DNA of 64,000 nt from Alphaproteobacteria bacterium (GCA_017962125.1 JAGCVZ010000008.1:10677-74676), one strand, 5' to 3'; counted from the stretch's first letter, positions 28,787-37,153 are shown. The notes: generated from the letters alone by a model not told the origin. Made by a program: numbers and translations.

Positions 28787-29704
28787 TTATTTCCCATAAA
28801 TAGGCAATTGTATATGTTGAAGGACAACAGATTCCTGTAAAGCCTTGTGCTTTGCTATAAATTCTTGTCGATCTTTTGCCTGTAGATATTTTTGGTCTTT
28901 CTCGATTACACTGCGGTATTGTTGTTCTAACTGTATAAGGATGTTGCCCAACCGTTCTATATTTCGAATGTTTTTGTCTGCGATTAAATTTGCAATTGAA
29001 AACATTATGCTCAGCACGGATGCCGCAAGTTCGTTCTTAATGTTAACAGAGCTCATTTCATCCAATATGTGTATTGTTTCCTCCATAATTGGAAAATCTG
29101 TTGTCTGTAGCAAAGAATATATCGTCTTAAGCCCGTATTCAGTACCGTATGCGCCATCAAACAAACGTTCCATATTAAGTATGCTTTGTAATCTTTGTTC
29201 TCTGCGATAAGATTCATTTTTTGTTATTTCCACTAAAGTAGTTAACTTTGGGGATTGTACGCCGTCAAGTAGTAATAATTTTGCAAATCGACTCAATCTA
29301 TCTTTTGCCCCTGGTTTGCCAAATCGGTTCAATGAATCCATTATAGAAACGATAATTGCATCACTATTTTCTTTGTTATAAACATAATTACGGTAGGACA
29401 CATTGTACTCTCGTTTGGGGCCTTTCTCTATCAAAGATTTTAAAATATCCAACATTTCCATCGAAAATGTATTAGATTCTAAAGAATACAAACGTGGTTT
29501 TTTTTCTAAACGAATCTCAGATATACGTTTATCTGCCAATTTCCTTAAATCTTCAATAAAAAGGTCTAAATCTACCCAAGTACCCGCGGGCGCGTCACGA
29601 ACGAACCAATCTAGCGCTTCATCCATTTGTATCTTATATTCCAAATCGCCATATTTGATATAATTTTTCAAAGATCTATTTAAGTTGGCTTTCGCTATAA
29701 TCAA
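28787..29704 (-). CDS. Hypothetical protein
   Basis: 305-aa ORF with a TTG start at 29704, preceded by AAGGAG about 10 nt upstream. No motif recognised. Confidence 0.5.
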   Translation of the reverse strand: MIIAKANLNRSLKNYIKYGDLEYKIQMDEALDWFVRDAPAGTWVDLDLFIEDLRKLADKRISEIRLEKKPRLYSLESNTFSMEMLDILKSLIEKGPKREYNVSYRNYVYNKENSDAIIVSIMDSLNRFGKPGAKDRLSRFAKLLLLDGVQSPKLTTLVEITKNESYRREQRLQSILNMERLFDGAYGTEYGLKTIYSLLQTTDFPIMEETIHILDEMSSVNIKNELAASVLSIMFSIANLIADKNIRNIERLGNILIQLEQQYRSVIEKDQKYLQAKDRQEFIAKHKALQESVVLQHIQLPIYGK

Positions 29705-29762
29705 CCATAATTTTCTCCTTCCTATGATGCTGTCATCATATCATAAAAATTGGTCATTTGCA

Positions 29763-29954
29763 AAAAGAAACACCGCCGTTGCCGGCGGTATTCTTCGAAC
29801 GGCTTTGAAAGGAAGGAAAGGAGAAAAAGAAATAAGCCGTCCTAAACTTGGTAGGGGTCCAGAGTCCAGAGGAGAGAGAATGTAGGAGGGAGTCTGGAAT
29901 CTCTGGGCCCCACGAACATTTTCATGCTCGGTCAGGGATTGTTGCCTCTCTGAC
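29763..29954 (-). ncRNA. Candidate ~190-nt small RNA or leader with two CU-rich (anti-SD-like) loops
   Basis: Minus strand. SL1 (29854-29911): 16-bp interrupted stem 'GGGG-CCAGAG-UCCAGA / UCUGGA-CUCUGG-CCCC' with loop 'CUCCCUCCUACAUUCUCUCUCC'. SL2 (29799-29840): 'ACGGCUU/AAGCCGU' with loop rich in 'CUCCUUUCCUUCCUUUC'. Terminator: 'ACCGCCG..CGGCGGU' plus 'UUUCUUUUU'. Confidence 0.5.
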
Positions 29955-29961
29955 AAACGAA

Positions 29962-29990
29962 AATATAATACAACAGAAACCATTTGTCAA
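29962..29990 (-). promoter_or_regulatory. Sigma70-like promoter for the candidate sRNA
   Basis: Minus strand: TTGACA (29990-29985), 17-nt spacer, TATATT (29967-29962). Confidence 0.5.
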
Positions 29991-30139
29991 GACCTTTTGT
30001 CAAAAAAATTTTTTGGGCACCAAAAATTGGGTTAAAAATCCACTGAATTCCCCGGAAATCCTAGGAAATCGTGCTTGTTGCGGTTCTGTGCCGATGGCAT
30101 TAAAATATAGTCAAATTTAATAAAAAAAGGGAAAAAATT

Positions 30140-30388
30140 ATGACACATGAAGATGTTTGGCGCGCGATAGAGCGATTCGCAATGGAACATGGAATGTCAT
30201 GTTCGGGTCTGGCGCGGTGTAGTGGTCTGGACCCGACGACCTTTAATAAAAGCAAGCGTTGGACCAAGGAAGGTCAGCCTCGTTGGCCATCCACCAATAG
30301 CATATCAAAGATTTTGTCGTCGACTGGGGCGTCAATCCAGGAATTTACCAAGTTTATTGATAATCCTGGGCCTGAACACGCCAATTGA
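30140..30388 (+). CDS. XRE/Cro-CI-type helix-turn-helix protein
   Basis: 82 aa. 'WRAIERFAMEHGMSCSGLARCSGLDPTTFNKSKR...RWPSTNSISKIL' is the HTH pattern seen at the N-termini of alphaproteobacterial phage-repressor-like proteins. Confidence 0.7.
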   Translation: MTHEDVWRAIERFAMEHGMSCSGLARCSGLDPTTFNKSKRWTKEGQPRWPSTNSISKILSSTGASIQEFTKFIDNPGPEHAN

Positions 30389-30418
30389 TGGCAAAATATG
30401 GGCCTCTCGACAGCCAAA

Positions 30419-30462
30419 AACCGGTATGCGTTCACGCGTACCGGTTCCCCTTTTTCTTGTTT
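30419..30462 (+). terminator. Intrinsic terminator
   Basis: 'accggtatgcg ttca cgcgtaccggt' followed by 'tcccctttttcttgtttt'. Confidence 0.7.
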
Positions 30463-30624
30463 TGTTTATTTTTAATCAAAAATAACTTTTGTTCCAGTTC
30501 TTTAATTTTTTCAAAATTTACAATGAATCTGTCACCGCAAAATTGGTATGTAATAACAGAATAGGGCGGACTGGTACAGGATTTTTTGTTGGACAGGCGT
30601 TCCTCGCCGTATTACTATTAGGAT

Positions 30625-31044
30625 ATGTTCTCTGGACTAAGTTTTTTTTCATCTGACCCAGTTTGGCAACAAATAGTTGGCGAACTGGGGGCGACAGTTA
30701 CGACAGATTCGGTTTTGTGTGACGTGAACCTTGACAAGTTGGATTTAAAATTACCAATTTCGCCAACAGACTTAAAATCTGCAATCATCGCAGAGATAGA
30801 TGGCGCAAAAATTATCGATTCTATTTTTGGTCGTCGTGTTTCGCTCTCGCCGACACAAACAAGAATAATAACACTGCTTTATAAAAGCGGTGGTATGTCG
30901 GCGGATGGGTTGAAATCTGCACTTGGATATGCGCCAGATGCGACAACGCACAGCGTGGAAACCTTAATATATGGACTGAGAAAATTATACGGATACGATT
31001 TTATAAAAAACATAAATGGGATTTTCAAACTTGGGCGGATATAA
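30625..31044 (+). CDS. Winged-helix (OmpR/PhoB C-terminal-like) DNA-binding protein without receiver domain
   Basis: 139 aa. 'VSLSPTQTRIITLLYKSGGMSADGLKSAL...THSVETLIYGLRKLYG..FIKNINGIFKLG' follows the Trans_reg_C pattern. Confidence 0.5.
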   Translation: MFSGLSFFSSDPVWQQIVGELGATVTTDSVLCDVNLDKLDLKLPISPTDLKSAIIAEIDGAKIIDSIFGRRVSLSPTQTRIITLLYKSGGMSADGLKSALGYAPDATTHSVETLIYGLRKLYGYDFIKNINGIFKLGRI

Positions 31045-31696
31045 GGTTTTTTCTTTTGATAAAATTCCCAGTACGCAAGATTATGCGTATGATATGATTG
31101 CAAATGGAACAGCGCGTGATCACAGTGTCATTGTAGCAATGGCTCAGTCTGCTGGTCGTGGACGCTATCGGCGCAAATGGGTGTCGCATCATGGAAATTT
31201 GTACGCAAGTTTTATTTTTGATTCGCCTGAACGTGACCCAAGGCTTTCATATGCTGTTGCAGTTGCTGTTGCAGAAACAATTTTGAACTTTAAAGTATCA
31301 CCATCTATAAAATGGCCAAACGATATTTTGATATCGGGAAAGAAAATTTCTGGGATTTTGATAGAATACGCAGGGCGATTCGTTATTGTTGGAATTGGTA
31401 TAAATGTTCACACAAACCCAACTGTTGCAGAATATGAAACTACCCGTATGGATGTGCACACGCGCGCAGATGTTTCAGAAATTTTTTTCATGCTTGCAAA
31501 AAATTTAGATAAATGGATAAACGCAAATTTCGATTCGGTGCGTGCACGATGGATGGATTTCGCAATGGGTATAAATAAGTTGGTTAAATATCGTGGGGAA
31601 AGCGTAGAATTAATCGGAATAAATGACAATGGTGCACTGGTTGTACGTCGTGGTTCGGAATATCTTTTAATTCATGGTGATGAAATAATGATGTAA
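31016..31696 (+). CDS. birA: Biotin--[acetyl-CoA-carboxylase] ligase (group I, no HTH)
   Basis: 'GRGRYRRKWVSHHGNLYASF' (the GRGRxGRxW motif) and 'KWPNDILISGKKISGILIE'. 226 aa. Overlaps the upstream ORF by 29 nt. Confidence 0.85.
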   Translation: MGFSNLGGYKVFSFDKIPSTQDYAYDMIANGTARDHSVIVAMAQSAGRGRYRRKWVSHHGNLYASFIFDSPERDPRLSYAVAVAVAETILNFKVSPSIKWPNDILISGKKISGILIEYAGRFVIVGIGINVHTNPTVAEYETTRMDVHTRADVSEIFFMLAKNLDKWINANFDSVRARWMDFAMGINKLVKYRGESVELIGINDNGALVVRRGSEYLLIHGDEIMM

Positions 31697-31731
31697 AAAA
31701 AGCCGTAAATCCGGTTTTTTTTATAAATGTC

Positions 31732-31760
31732 TTGACTTTATCAGCGTTTTATGATATACT
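31732..31760 (+). promoter_or_regulatory. Strong sigma70-like promoter with extended -10 at the head of the phage-like module
   Basis: TTGACT (31732-37), 17 nt, then TGaTATACT (31752-60). Confidence 0.55.
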
Positions 31761-31790
31761 ATCGACTGTCAAAAGGGAATGTTGTATAGT

Positions 31791-31841
31791 TCGTACGTCA
31801 AGGTACGGATTTTTTTATGCCACGCATCTGCGTGGCTTTTT
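31791..31841 (+). terminator. Tandem intrinsic terminators between the promoter and the first phage-like gene
   Basis: Hairpin 1: 'tcgtac gtcaag gtacgg' plus 'attttttt'. Hairpin 2: 'gccacgc atct gcgtggc' plus 'ttttt'. The first ORF starts at 31857. Confidence 0.55.
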
Positions 31842-31856
31842 ACATAGGGAAAAATC

Positions 31857-32267
31857 ATGCAAATGGAAATAATCGAAGCTAATGATGAAATAATGACATT
31901 GTCTTATGCGGTGGCCAGAGTTGTTTATGCAGAAACACTTGCAAAATCTTTACAAGTTGTCGAAGCGTTGACATCAATGATTTTTAATGCTGCTTTGCAC
32001 GATATAAAAAATGTTCGACTTGTTATATCGGATTCGCAAATGTTCGAATCGTTACGAACCGAATCTACACGACATGAATTTTTATCAGTAGATGCATCAC
32101 GACGTGATTTTCAAATGTGCTTGCGTATAGCAAAAACTATGTTGCATGGAAATTTACCAGATACATGTCATCATGCAGTAAAATTTCATCGTACAGAATT
32201 TTTACCATCTTGGGCGGTTGCTCGCGGATACATATATGACTTGGATGGAATTTTATTTTATACGTAA
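31857..32267 (+). CDS. Cell-wall hydrolase (SleB / Hydrolase_2-like)
   Basis: 136 aa. 'VARVVYAET...', 'QMFESL' and C-terminal 'FHRTEFLPSWA....DLDGILFY' follow the SleB-domain pattern (A.V.YAE...QF...P.W...H.FY). Confidence 0.5.
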   Translation: MQMEIIEANDEIMTLSYAVARVVYAETLAKSLQVVEALTSMIFNAALHDIKNVRLVISDSQMFESLRTESTRHEFLSVDASRRDFQMCLRIAKTMLHGNLPDTCHHAVKFHRTEFLPSWAVARGYIYDLDGILFYT

Positions 32268-32285
32268 TTTTTATATGGGGGCAAC

Positions 32286-32474
32286 ATGAACAAATTTTTT
32301 CGCGGCGGTTTTTTTGCGAATCGCCGAACACAAATAATGACTGCTTGCGGAGTGGTTTCTGCGTTATGTGCATACCTTGTTGGTGATTCGGATTTGTTCG
32401 CTACGATTCAGGCTTTGATTGCGGTTGTTGGTGTTTACATGTTGCATAAAACAAATCAACAAAAAGGAAAATAA
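32286..32474 (+). CDS. Small two-TM membrane protein (holin-like by position)
   Basis: 62 aa with two hydrophobic segments ('IMTACGVVSALCAYLVG', 'IQALIAVVGVYML') and a basic tail, directly after the hydrolase. Confidence 0.4.
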   Translation: MNKFFRGGFFANRRTQIMTACGVVSALCAYLVGDSDLFATIQALIAVVGVYMLHKTNQQKGK

Positions 32475-32475
32475 A

Positions 32476-33132
32476 ATGGAAAAAGTACCAGAAAAATTTT
32501 TAAATGAAGATGGAACTTTGAATAGCGACGCATTGATAAAATCATATAATGAACTTGAAAAAAAAATTGGCGGGATGATAACTGTGCCTGATGAAAATTC
32601 AGACGAAACAGTGAAAAATCGGTTTTGGCGTGCGATTGGTGTCCCAGAAACTCCAGATGAATATCCGCATAGCGAAATGTTCGATAATGAAAACGTGCGT
32701 CAAGAATTCCATAAAATTGGATTAACAAATTCACAAGTAGAAAAAATTTACGATATTGCAAAAGAATTTTTATCACCGATTCTTGCAGAAATTTTTTCAC
32801 AGCAAAAGGAATCAAATGCGATATCGGAATTAAAAAATTTTTTTGGCAGCGAAGAAAAAATGCAAGATGCTTTTGTTGCAATTAAATCTTTTGGTGAAAA
32901 GTTTTTGCCGACAGATGCATTCAATGAATTGTGCTCTACACCCCAAGGAATACAAGGCATTTACAAGATGATGCAATCAATGGAACCACATGTTGAAACA
33001 GATGGTAATGCACCAGAAAAATTATCTGATTCTGATTTGCGAAATATGATGCGTGATCCGAAATATTGGCGTGATCATGATGTAGAATATATTCGCAAAA
33101 TTGAAAACGGTTTTAAAAAATTATATTCATAA
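32476..33132 (+). CDS. Phage scaffolding (capsid assembly) protein-like
   Basis: ATG at 32476. Acidic 218-aa protein. The N-terminal 'PEKFLNEDGTLNSDALIKSYNELEKKIG' is the pattern I associate with podovirus scaffolds. Its position upstream of the capsid gene matches T7 gp9. Confidence 0.45.
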   Translation: MEKVPEKFLNEDGTLNSDALIKSYNELEKKIGGMITVPDENSDETVKNRFWRAIGVPETPDEYPHSEMFDNENVRQEFHKIGLTNSQVEKIYDIAKEFLSPILAEIFSQQKESNAISELKNFFGSEEKMQDAFVAIKSFGEKFLPTDAFNELCSTPQGIQGIYKMMQSMEPHVETDGNAPEKLSDSDLRNMMRDPKYWRDHDVEYIRKIENGFKKLYS

Positions 33133-33249
33133 TGTAATTTTTTTTATAAAAATTTACTTTTCTTCTTTACTAATTTTTTTCTTTAATATAAAATGTAATC
33201 AAGAACAAAAGAAATTTGTTCTATCCAAAAAAATAGAAAGGAGAGATGA

Positions 33250-33546
33250 ATGGCATTCACATTCTTGAAAACTGCGGCAAAGAAACCTGCTGCGAAAAAA
33301 ACGGTTGCTGCTAAGAAGCCTGCGGCAAAGAAACCTGCGGCAAAGAAACCTGTCGCTAAAAAACCTGCTGTAAAGAAAGTTGCAGCAAAGAAACCGGTTG
33401 CAAAGAAAGTCGTTGCAAAGAAACCTGCTGCGAAAAAAACAGTTGCCAAAAAAGTGGCTGTAAAAAAAGTAGCTGCTAAAAAGCCGGTTGCAAAAAAAGT
33501 TGTCGCGAAGAAACCTTGTGCAAAAAAATGTGCAAAGAAAAAATAA
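33250..33546 (+). CDS. Lys/Ala-rich histone-H1-like repeat protein
   Basis: 98 aa, almost entirely (A/V)AKKP(A/V)AKK repeats, ending 'KKPCAKKCAKKK'. AGGAGAG RBS. Followed by two terminators. Confidence 0.7.
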   Translation: MAFTFLKTAAKKPAAKKTVAAKKPAAKKPAAKKPVAKKPAVKKVAAKKPVAKKVVAKKPAAKKTVAKKVAVKKVAAKKPVAKKVVAKKPCAKKCAKKK

Positions 33547-33563
33547 AAATTCGCTAAACTTGT

Positions 33564-33637
33564 AAAATGCCCGTATATCGGGCATTTTTTATAAAATTTT
33601 TCAGTCAGATGTGATCGGTCTGACTGAATTTTTTTAT
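33564..33637 (+). terminator. Tandem intrinsic terminators
   Basis: 'atgcccg tatat cgggcat' plus T6, and 'tcagtcaga ...tctgactga' plus 'attttttt'. Confidence 0.7.
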
Positions 33638-33762
33638 TTGGATAATCCAGTAATCTGGACCCGTTTAATTTTGTTCTTTGGCGCATACGTGCATAACCAA
33701 AAAACAATTTTTGGTTTGGTGAAAAATTTCACCGTGTATAACGTTTAACAAAAGGAATAATA

Positions 33763-34581
33763 ATGTCTACTTCAATAGATCAAGTGTTTGTAAAACAATT
33801 TGAAGCTGATGTTCATTTGGCATATCAACAAATGGGCACAAAATTGCGCTCAACCGTGCGCAGCAAATCCGGTGTTGTTGGTAAATCCACAACTTTTCAA
33901 AAAATAGGTAAAGGTACAGCGAGTACGAAATCTCGTCATGGTATTGTGCCAGTTATGAATTTAAATCACGAACCTGTAGAATGCAATTTACAAGATTATT
34001 ATGCGGGCGATTGGGTCGATGCGTTGGATGAATTAAAAGTTAACATTGATGAACGTCGTGTTGTAGCCTCGGCTGGGGCTTATGCATTGGGGCGTAAAAC
34101 CGATGAACTTATCATCGCGGCCATGGCTACGGCTACGCAGAATTCTGGGGATTATTCTACTGGTCTTACCAAAACTGTTATTTTGGGCGCTTTGGAAAAA
34201 TTGAATGAAAATGATGTTCCAGATGATGGTCGTAGATTCGCAGTTGTTGGTGTGAAACAATGGAACGAATTGCTTGGCATCGATGAGTTTTCGTCTGCGG
34301 AATATGTTGGTTCTGATTTGCCATTTATCAATGGCGGTGAAGTTAAAAGATGGCTTGGCATTACCTGGTTGATGCATAATGGCTTGCCGTTGTCTTCATC
34401 GACACATCGTGACTGTTTTATATATCATGCATCCAGCATTGGTCATGCGTGCGGGCAAGAAGTCAAGACGGATATATCGTGGCATGGAGAACGTGCGGCG
34501 CACTTTATTAGCAACAGCATGTCCCAGGGCGCGGTTCTGATTGATAACAGTGGAATTGTCCGTCTTAAATGTGGCGAATAA
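33763..34581 (+). CDS. Phage major capsid protein (HK97-fold type)
   Basis: 272 aa. The N-terminal 'FVKQFEADVHLAYQQMGTKLRSTVR...G....TFQKIGKG' pattern is typical of podoviral capsid proteins. It sits after the scaffold and before the gp11/12-like genes. Confidence 0.65.
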   Translation: MSTSIDQVFVKQFEADVHLAYQQMGTKLRSTVRSKSGVVGKSTTFQKIGKGTASTKSRHGIVPVMNLNHEPVECNLQDYYAGDWVDALDELKVNIDERRVVASAGAYALGRKTDELIIAAMATATQNSGDYSTGLTKTVILGALEKLNENDVPDDGRRFAVVGVKQWNELLGIDEFSSAEYVGSDLPFINGGEVKRWLGITWLMHNGLPLSSSTHRDCFIYHASSIGHACGQEVKTDISWHGERAAHFISNSMSQGAVLIDNSGIVRLKCGE

Positions 34582-34605
34582 AATCAATAATCAAAGGGGA
34601 AAACA

Positions 34606-34839
34606 ATGGCTTTTCAAAATAAAAATTTGTCGGTAATTGCATATGCAAACGGGTTTACATTGTGGCATTATGTTGAAAGCGCAACATTAGCAACAATTAC
34701 AGCCAGCGGTTATTTCAATGCGGTTGGAACATTAATGAACACAGGGGATATAGTTATTATCAATGCTTCTGATAAAACATCTATAAAGAAAATTGCGGTC
34801 AGTGATGCAGGCGTAGTAACAACCGGAGCTTTGGATTAA
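34606..34839 (+). CDS. Small phage-module protein, unknown function
   Basis: 77-aa ORF with RBS 'aaagggga', between the capsid gene and a terminator. Confidence 0.45.
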   Translation: MAFQNKNLSVIAYANGFTLWHYVESATLATITASGYFNAVGTLMNTGDIVIINASDKTSIKKIAVSDAGVVTTGALD

Positions 34840-34862
34840 TATTGATTATTGTTCACAAAATA

Positions 34863-34892
34863 GGGCCGGCTTTTCGGCCCTTTTAATTTTTT
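34863..34892 (+). terminator. Intrinsic terminator after the capsid block
   Basis: 'gggccg gctttt cggccc' plus 'ttttaatttttt'. Its position is analogous to the T7 T-phi terminator after gene 10. Confidence 0.65.
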
Positions 34893-34908
34893 ACCATAGG
34901 GGAAAGTA

Positions 34909-35427
34909 ATGCTGACGAAAGTAGATTTATGTTCAATGGCACTGTTGAAATTGGGGGAAAACCCGATTCAATCTTTGTCTGAAGACACAGCGGCTGCAAA
35001 ACTTGGTCGCACTCTTGTTGATTTTGTTATAGATACATTATTGGCAATGCATCCGTGGCGTTTTGCATGTCGCACATATAACCTGATTCGTGATGAAAAC
35101 GGTGATTTTATAATACCTTCGGATATACTAAGGATTATAAAAACCAATGGCAAAGTTATGGAAAATAAAATTATATCAAATGCAGATAACTTAACTATAA
35201 CAGCCGTGGTTCGTGTAACCCCTAATGATTTTCCAAGTTATTTCGCATCACTTGTAGCAACCAAACTTGCAGTAGAATTTTGTATGCCACTTATTTCGGA
35301 TCAAACGGTTTTTAGAACTTTGGTTGCACTTTATGAAAACGAATTACAAACAGCAAAATTTATAGATAGCACAACATCAGTGAATACAAATATAGAAGAT
35401 TTTTCATTAATAAATAGTCGGTTTTAA
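34909..35427 (+). CDS. Tail tubular protein A (T7 gp11-like)
   Basis: 172 aa. 'LCSMALLKLGENPIQSLSED' parallels T7 gp11 'VNDILASIGEPPVSTLEGD', followed by a 'HPWRF' Trp-Phe motif. Confidence 0.55.
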   Translation: MLTKVDLCSMALLKLGENPIQSLSEDTAAAKLGRTLVDFVIDTLLAMHPWRFACRTYNLIRDENGDFIIPSDILRIIKTNGKVMENKIISNADNLTITAVVRVTPNDFPSYFASLVATKLAVEFCMPLISDQTVFRTLVALYENELQTAKFIDSTTSVNTNIEDFSLINSRF

Positions 35428-35449
35428 TTATACCAAAGGGGAATTAAAT

Positions 35450-37153
35450 ATGGGAAATTTTATAAAAACTCAGGAATCTTTTGCCGACGGAGAGGTTTCA
35501 ATAAATTTTTTCGAAAATGACAACATTCATGGTGTTGCACACATGGAAAATTTTGACGTTTGTGCAGGAGGTGGACTGGTTCGTAGACCTGGATTAAAAA
35601 AATCTGCACAACTTATCATGGATGCGAGACTTGTATCATTTTCTGCATCGGAAACAGAAGAATATGTTTTAGCCATAATGAATGGTCGTATAAGAATTTT
35701 TGCAAATGATAGTTTCGTTCAAGATGTTACGACACCATGGGCGAGTTCTGACATACCAAAGTTACAATATGCACAACGCTTTGGTACGATGATATTTGTA
35801 CACCAAGATTATCCTCCGAAAATTCTTTATCGTGAAAACGGTGTTTTTAAAATTAGGAATTTTAGTTTTTCAAAATCATCTGACGGGAATACGGAAATTC
35901 CGTTTATGCGTTTCGAAGATTCTGAAAATATAACAGTAACCATCACAAATTCTGGAGGAACAATACATTTTACAACAAATGAAGATTTTTGGACACCGGA
36001 AAATGTAGGCGGACATTTACGTGCTATCGGCAAAACTTGGTTAATAAATTCTTATATTAGCGCGACAGATATAACTGCCACATGTAACGGCGCATATACA
36101 TTACCTGATGATCCAGTATCAGATTGGCAAGAGGCGGTATTTAGTCCGCGTCGTGGTTGGCCATCTGCGATAACTTTTCATCAGGATAGATTAGTTTTCG
36201 GTGGTGCTAAATCTTGGCCAGGAGGAATATGGTTGTCACAAGTTGGCAGACATGGAAATTTCGACCTTGGAACAGGACTTGATGACGAAGCCATATTTTT
36301 TACATTATTATCTGACCGCAGACAACAGGTGTGCACCCTTGTTAGTAGCGATAATTTACAGATACTTACATCCGAAGGTGAATGGGCTGTTTCAAATAAA
36401 CCGCTTACGCCGGAATCCGTAAATATAAAGATGCATACGTCGATTGGCAGTATCGCAGATAAATACTTGCCACCACAACAAATGGAAGGCAAAACTGTTT
36501 TCGTTGCAAAAAATAAGCGTGACATAAGGCAACTTAGTCTTGATGATTTAAGTGAAAAATATAATGCAGATAATTTATGTGCTTTGACCAGTCATCTTAT
36601 GAAAAATCCGGTAGATATTTCTTATAACAAAGATGCTCAGAAATTATTTGTTGTTATGTCAGATGGCAATATGGCAGTGTTAAATTATAATGCAGCACTT
36701 GGGATATCGGCATGGGGACGTTATACTACAGATGGAAAATTTACATCTGTGGTCACATGTGATGGCAAAACATTTGTTGTAGTAAAACGTGGAGATAATT
36801 TCTTTCTTGAACGTTTTGATGATTCAGAATTTGTTGATTCAACAAATTACGCATATGCTGCGACTGTATCCGGATTGCCGCTTTTGACATCGGGGCATAA
36901 TGCGAAAAATATCAGAATTAAAAAGATAACTGTTCGTGTGTACAATACAAAAACATTGTTTATCAATGATAGTCGTGTTGTTTTACCAAATGAAATTTAT
37001 GATGATACACAAGCGGGTTTCTGTGGTGATGCATCAATAAATATCTTGGGCACAAGTGTTGATTTAGTTGATACACCATGGAAAATTTCTACCACAGACA
37101 GTCTGCCGTTAAAGATATTGTCAGTGACAATATACGGAAGATATCAAATATAA
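35450..37153 (+). CDS. Tail tubular protein B (T7 gp12-like)
   Basis: 567 aa. 'GGGLVRRPGL' parallels T7 gp12 'EGLQKRPPL'. 'EYVLAIMNGRIRIF' parallels 'YYAVFTGSGIRVF'. It directly follows the gp11-like ORF. Confidence 0.5.
   Translation: MGNFIKTQESFADGEVSINFFENDNIHGVAHMENFDVCAGGGLVRRPGLKKSAQLIMDARLVSFSASETEEYVLAIMNGRIRIFANDSFVQDVTTPWASSDIPKLQYAQRFGTMIFVHQDYPPKILYRENGVFKIRNFSFSKSSDGNTEIPFMRFEDSENITVTITNSGGTIHFTTNEDFWTPENVGGHLRAIGKTWLINSYISATDITATCNGAYTLPDDPVSDWQEAVFSPRRGWPSAITFHQDRLVFGGAKSWPGGIWLSQVGRHGNFDLGTGLDDEAIFFTLLSDRRQQVCTLVSSDNLQILTSEGEWAVSNKPLTPESVNIKMHTSIGSIADKYLPPQQMEGKTVFVAKNKRDIRQLSLDDLSEKYNADNLCALTSHLMKNPVDISYNKDAQKLFVVMSDGNMAVLNYNAALGISAWGRYTTDGKFTSVVTCDGKTFVVVKRGDNFFLERFDDSEFVDSTNYAYAATVSGLPLLTSGHNAKNIRIKKITVRVYNTKTLFINDSRVVLPNEIYDDTQAGFCGDASINILGTSVDLVDTPWKISTTDSLPLKILSVTIYGRYQI

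Noticed and set aside
29685-30120. Three overlapping 66-90-aa ORFs (29685-29885 +, 29741-29983 -, 29848-30120 +)
   Set aside because: - They have low-complexity Gly/Arg/Glu or Pro/Ser/Leu composition, generated by the purine and pyrimidine tracts of the hairpin loops.
- They have no RBS.
- The promoter and terminator geometry fits a non-coding RNA.
33183-33707. Long minus-strand ORFs (174 aa and 128 aa) rich in Phe, Ala and Cys, opposite the Lys/Ala-rich gene
   Set aside because: - They are the reverse-complement shadow of the AAG/AAA/GCN repeat.
- They have no RBS.
- The + strand ORF has an AGGAGAG RBS and is followed by + strand terminators.
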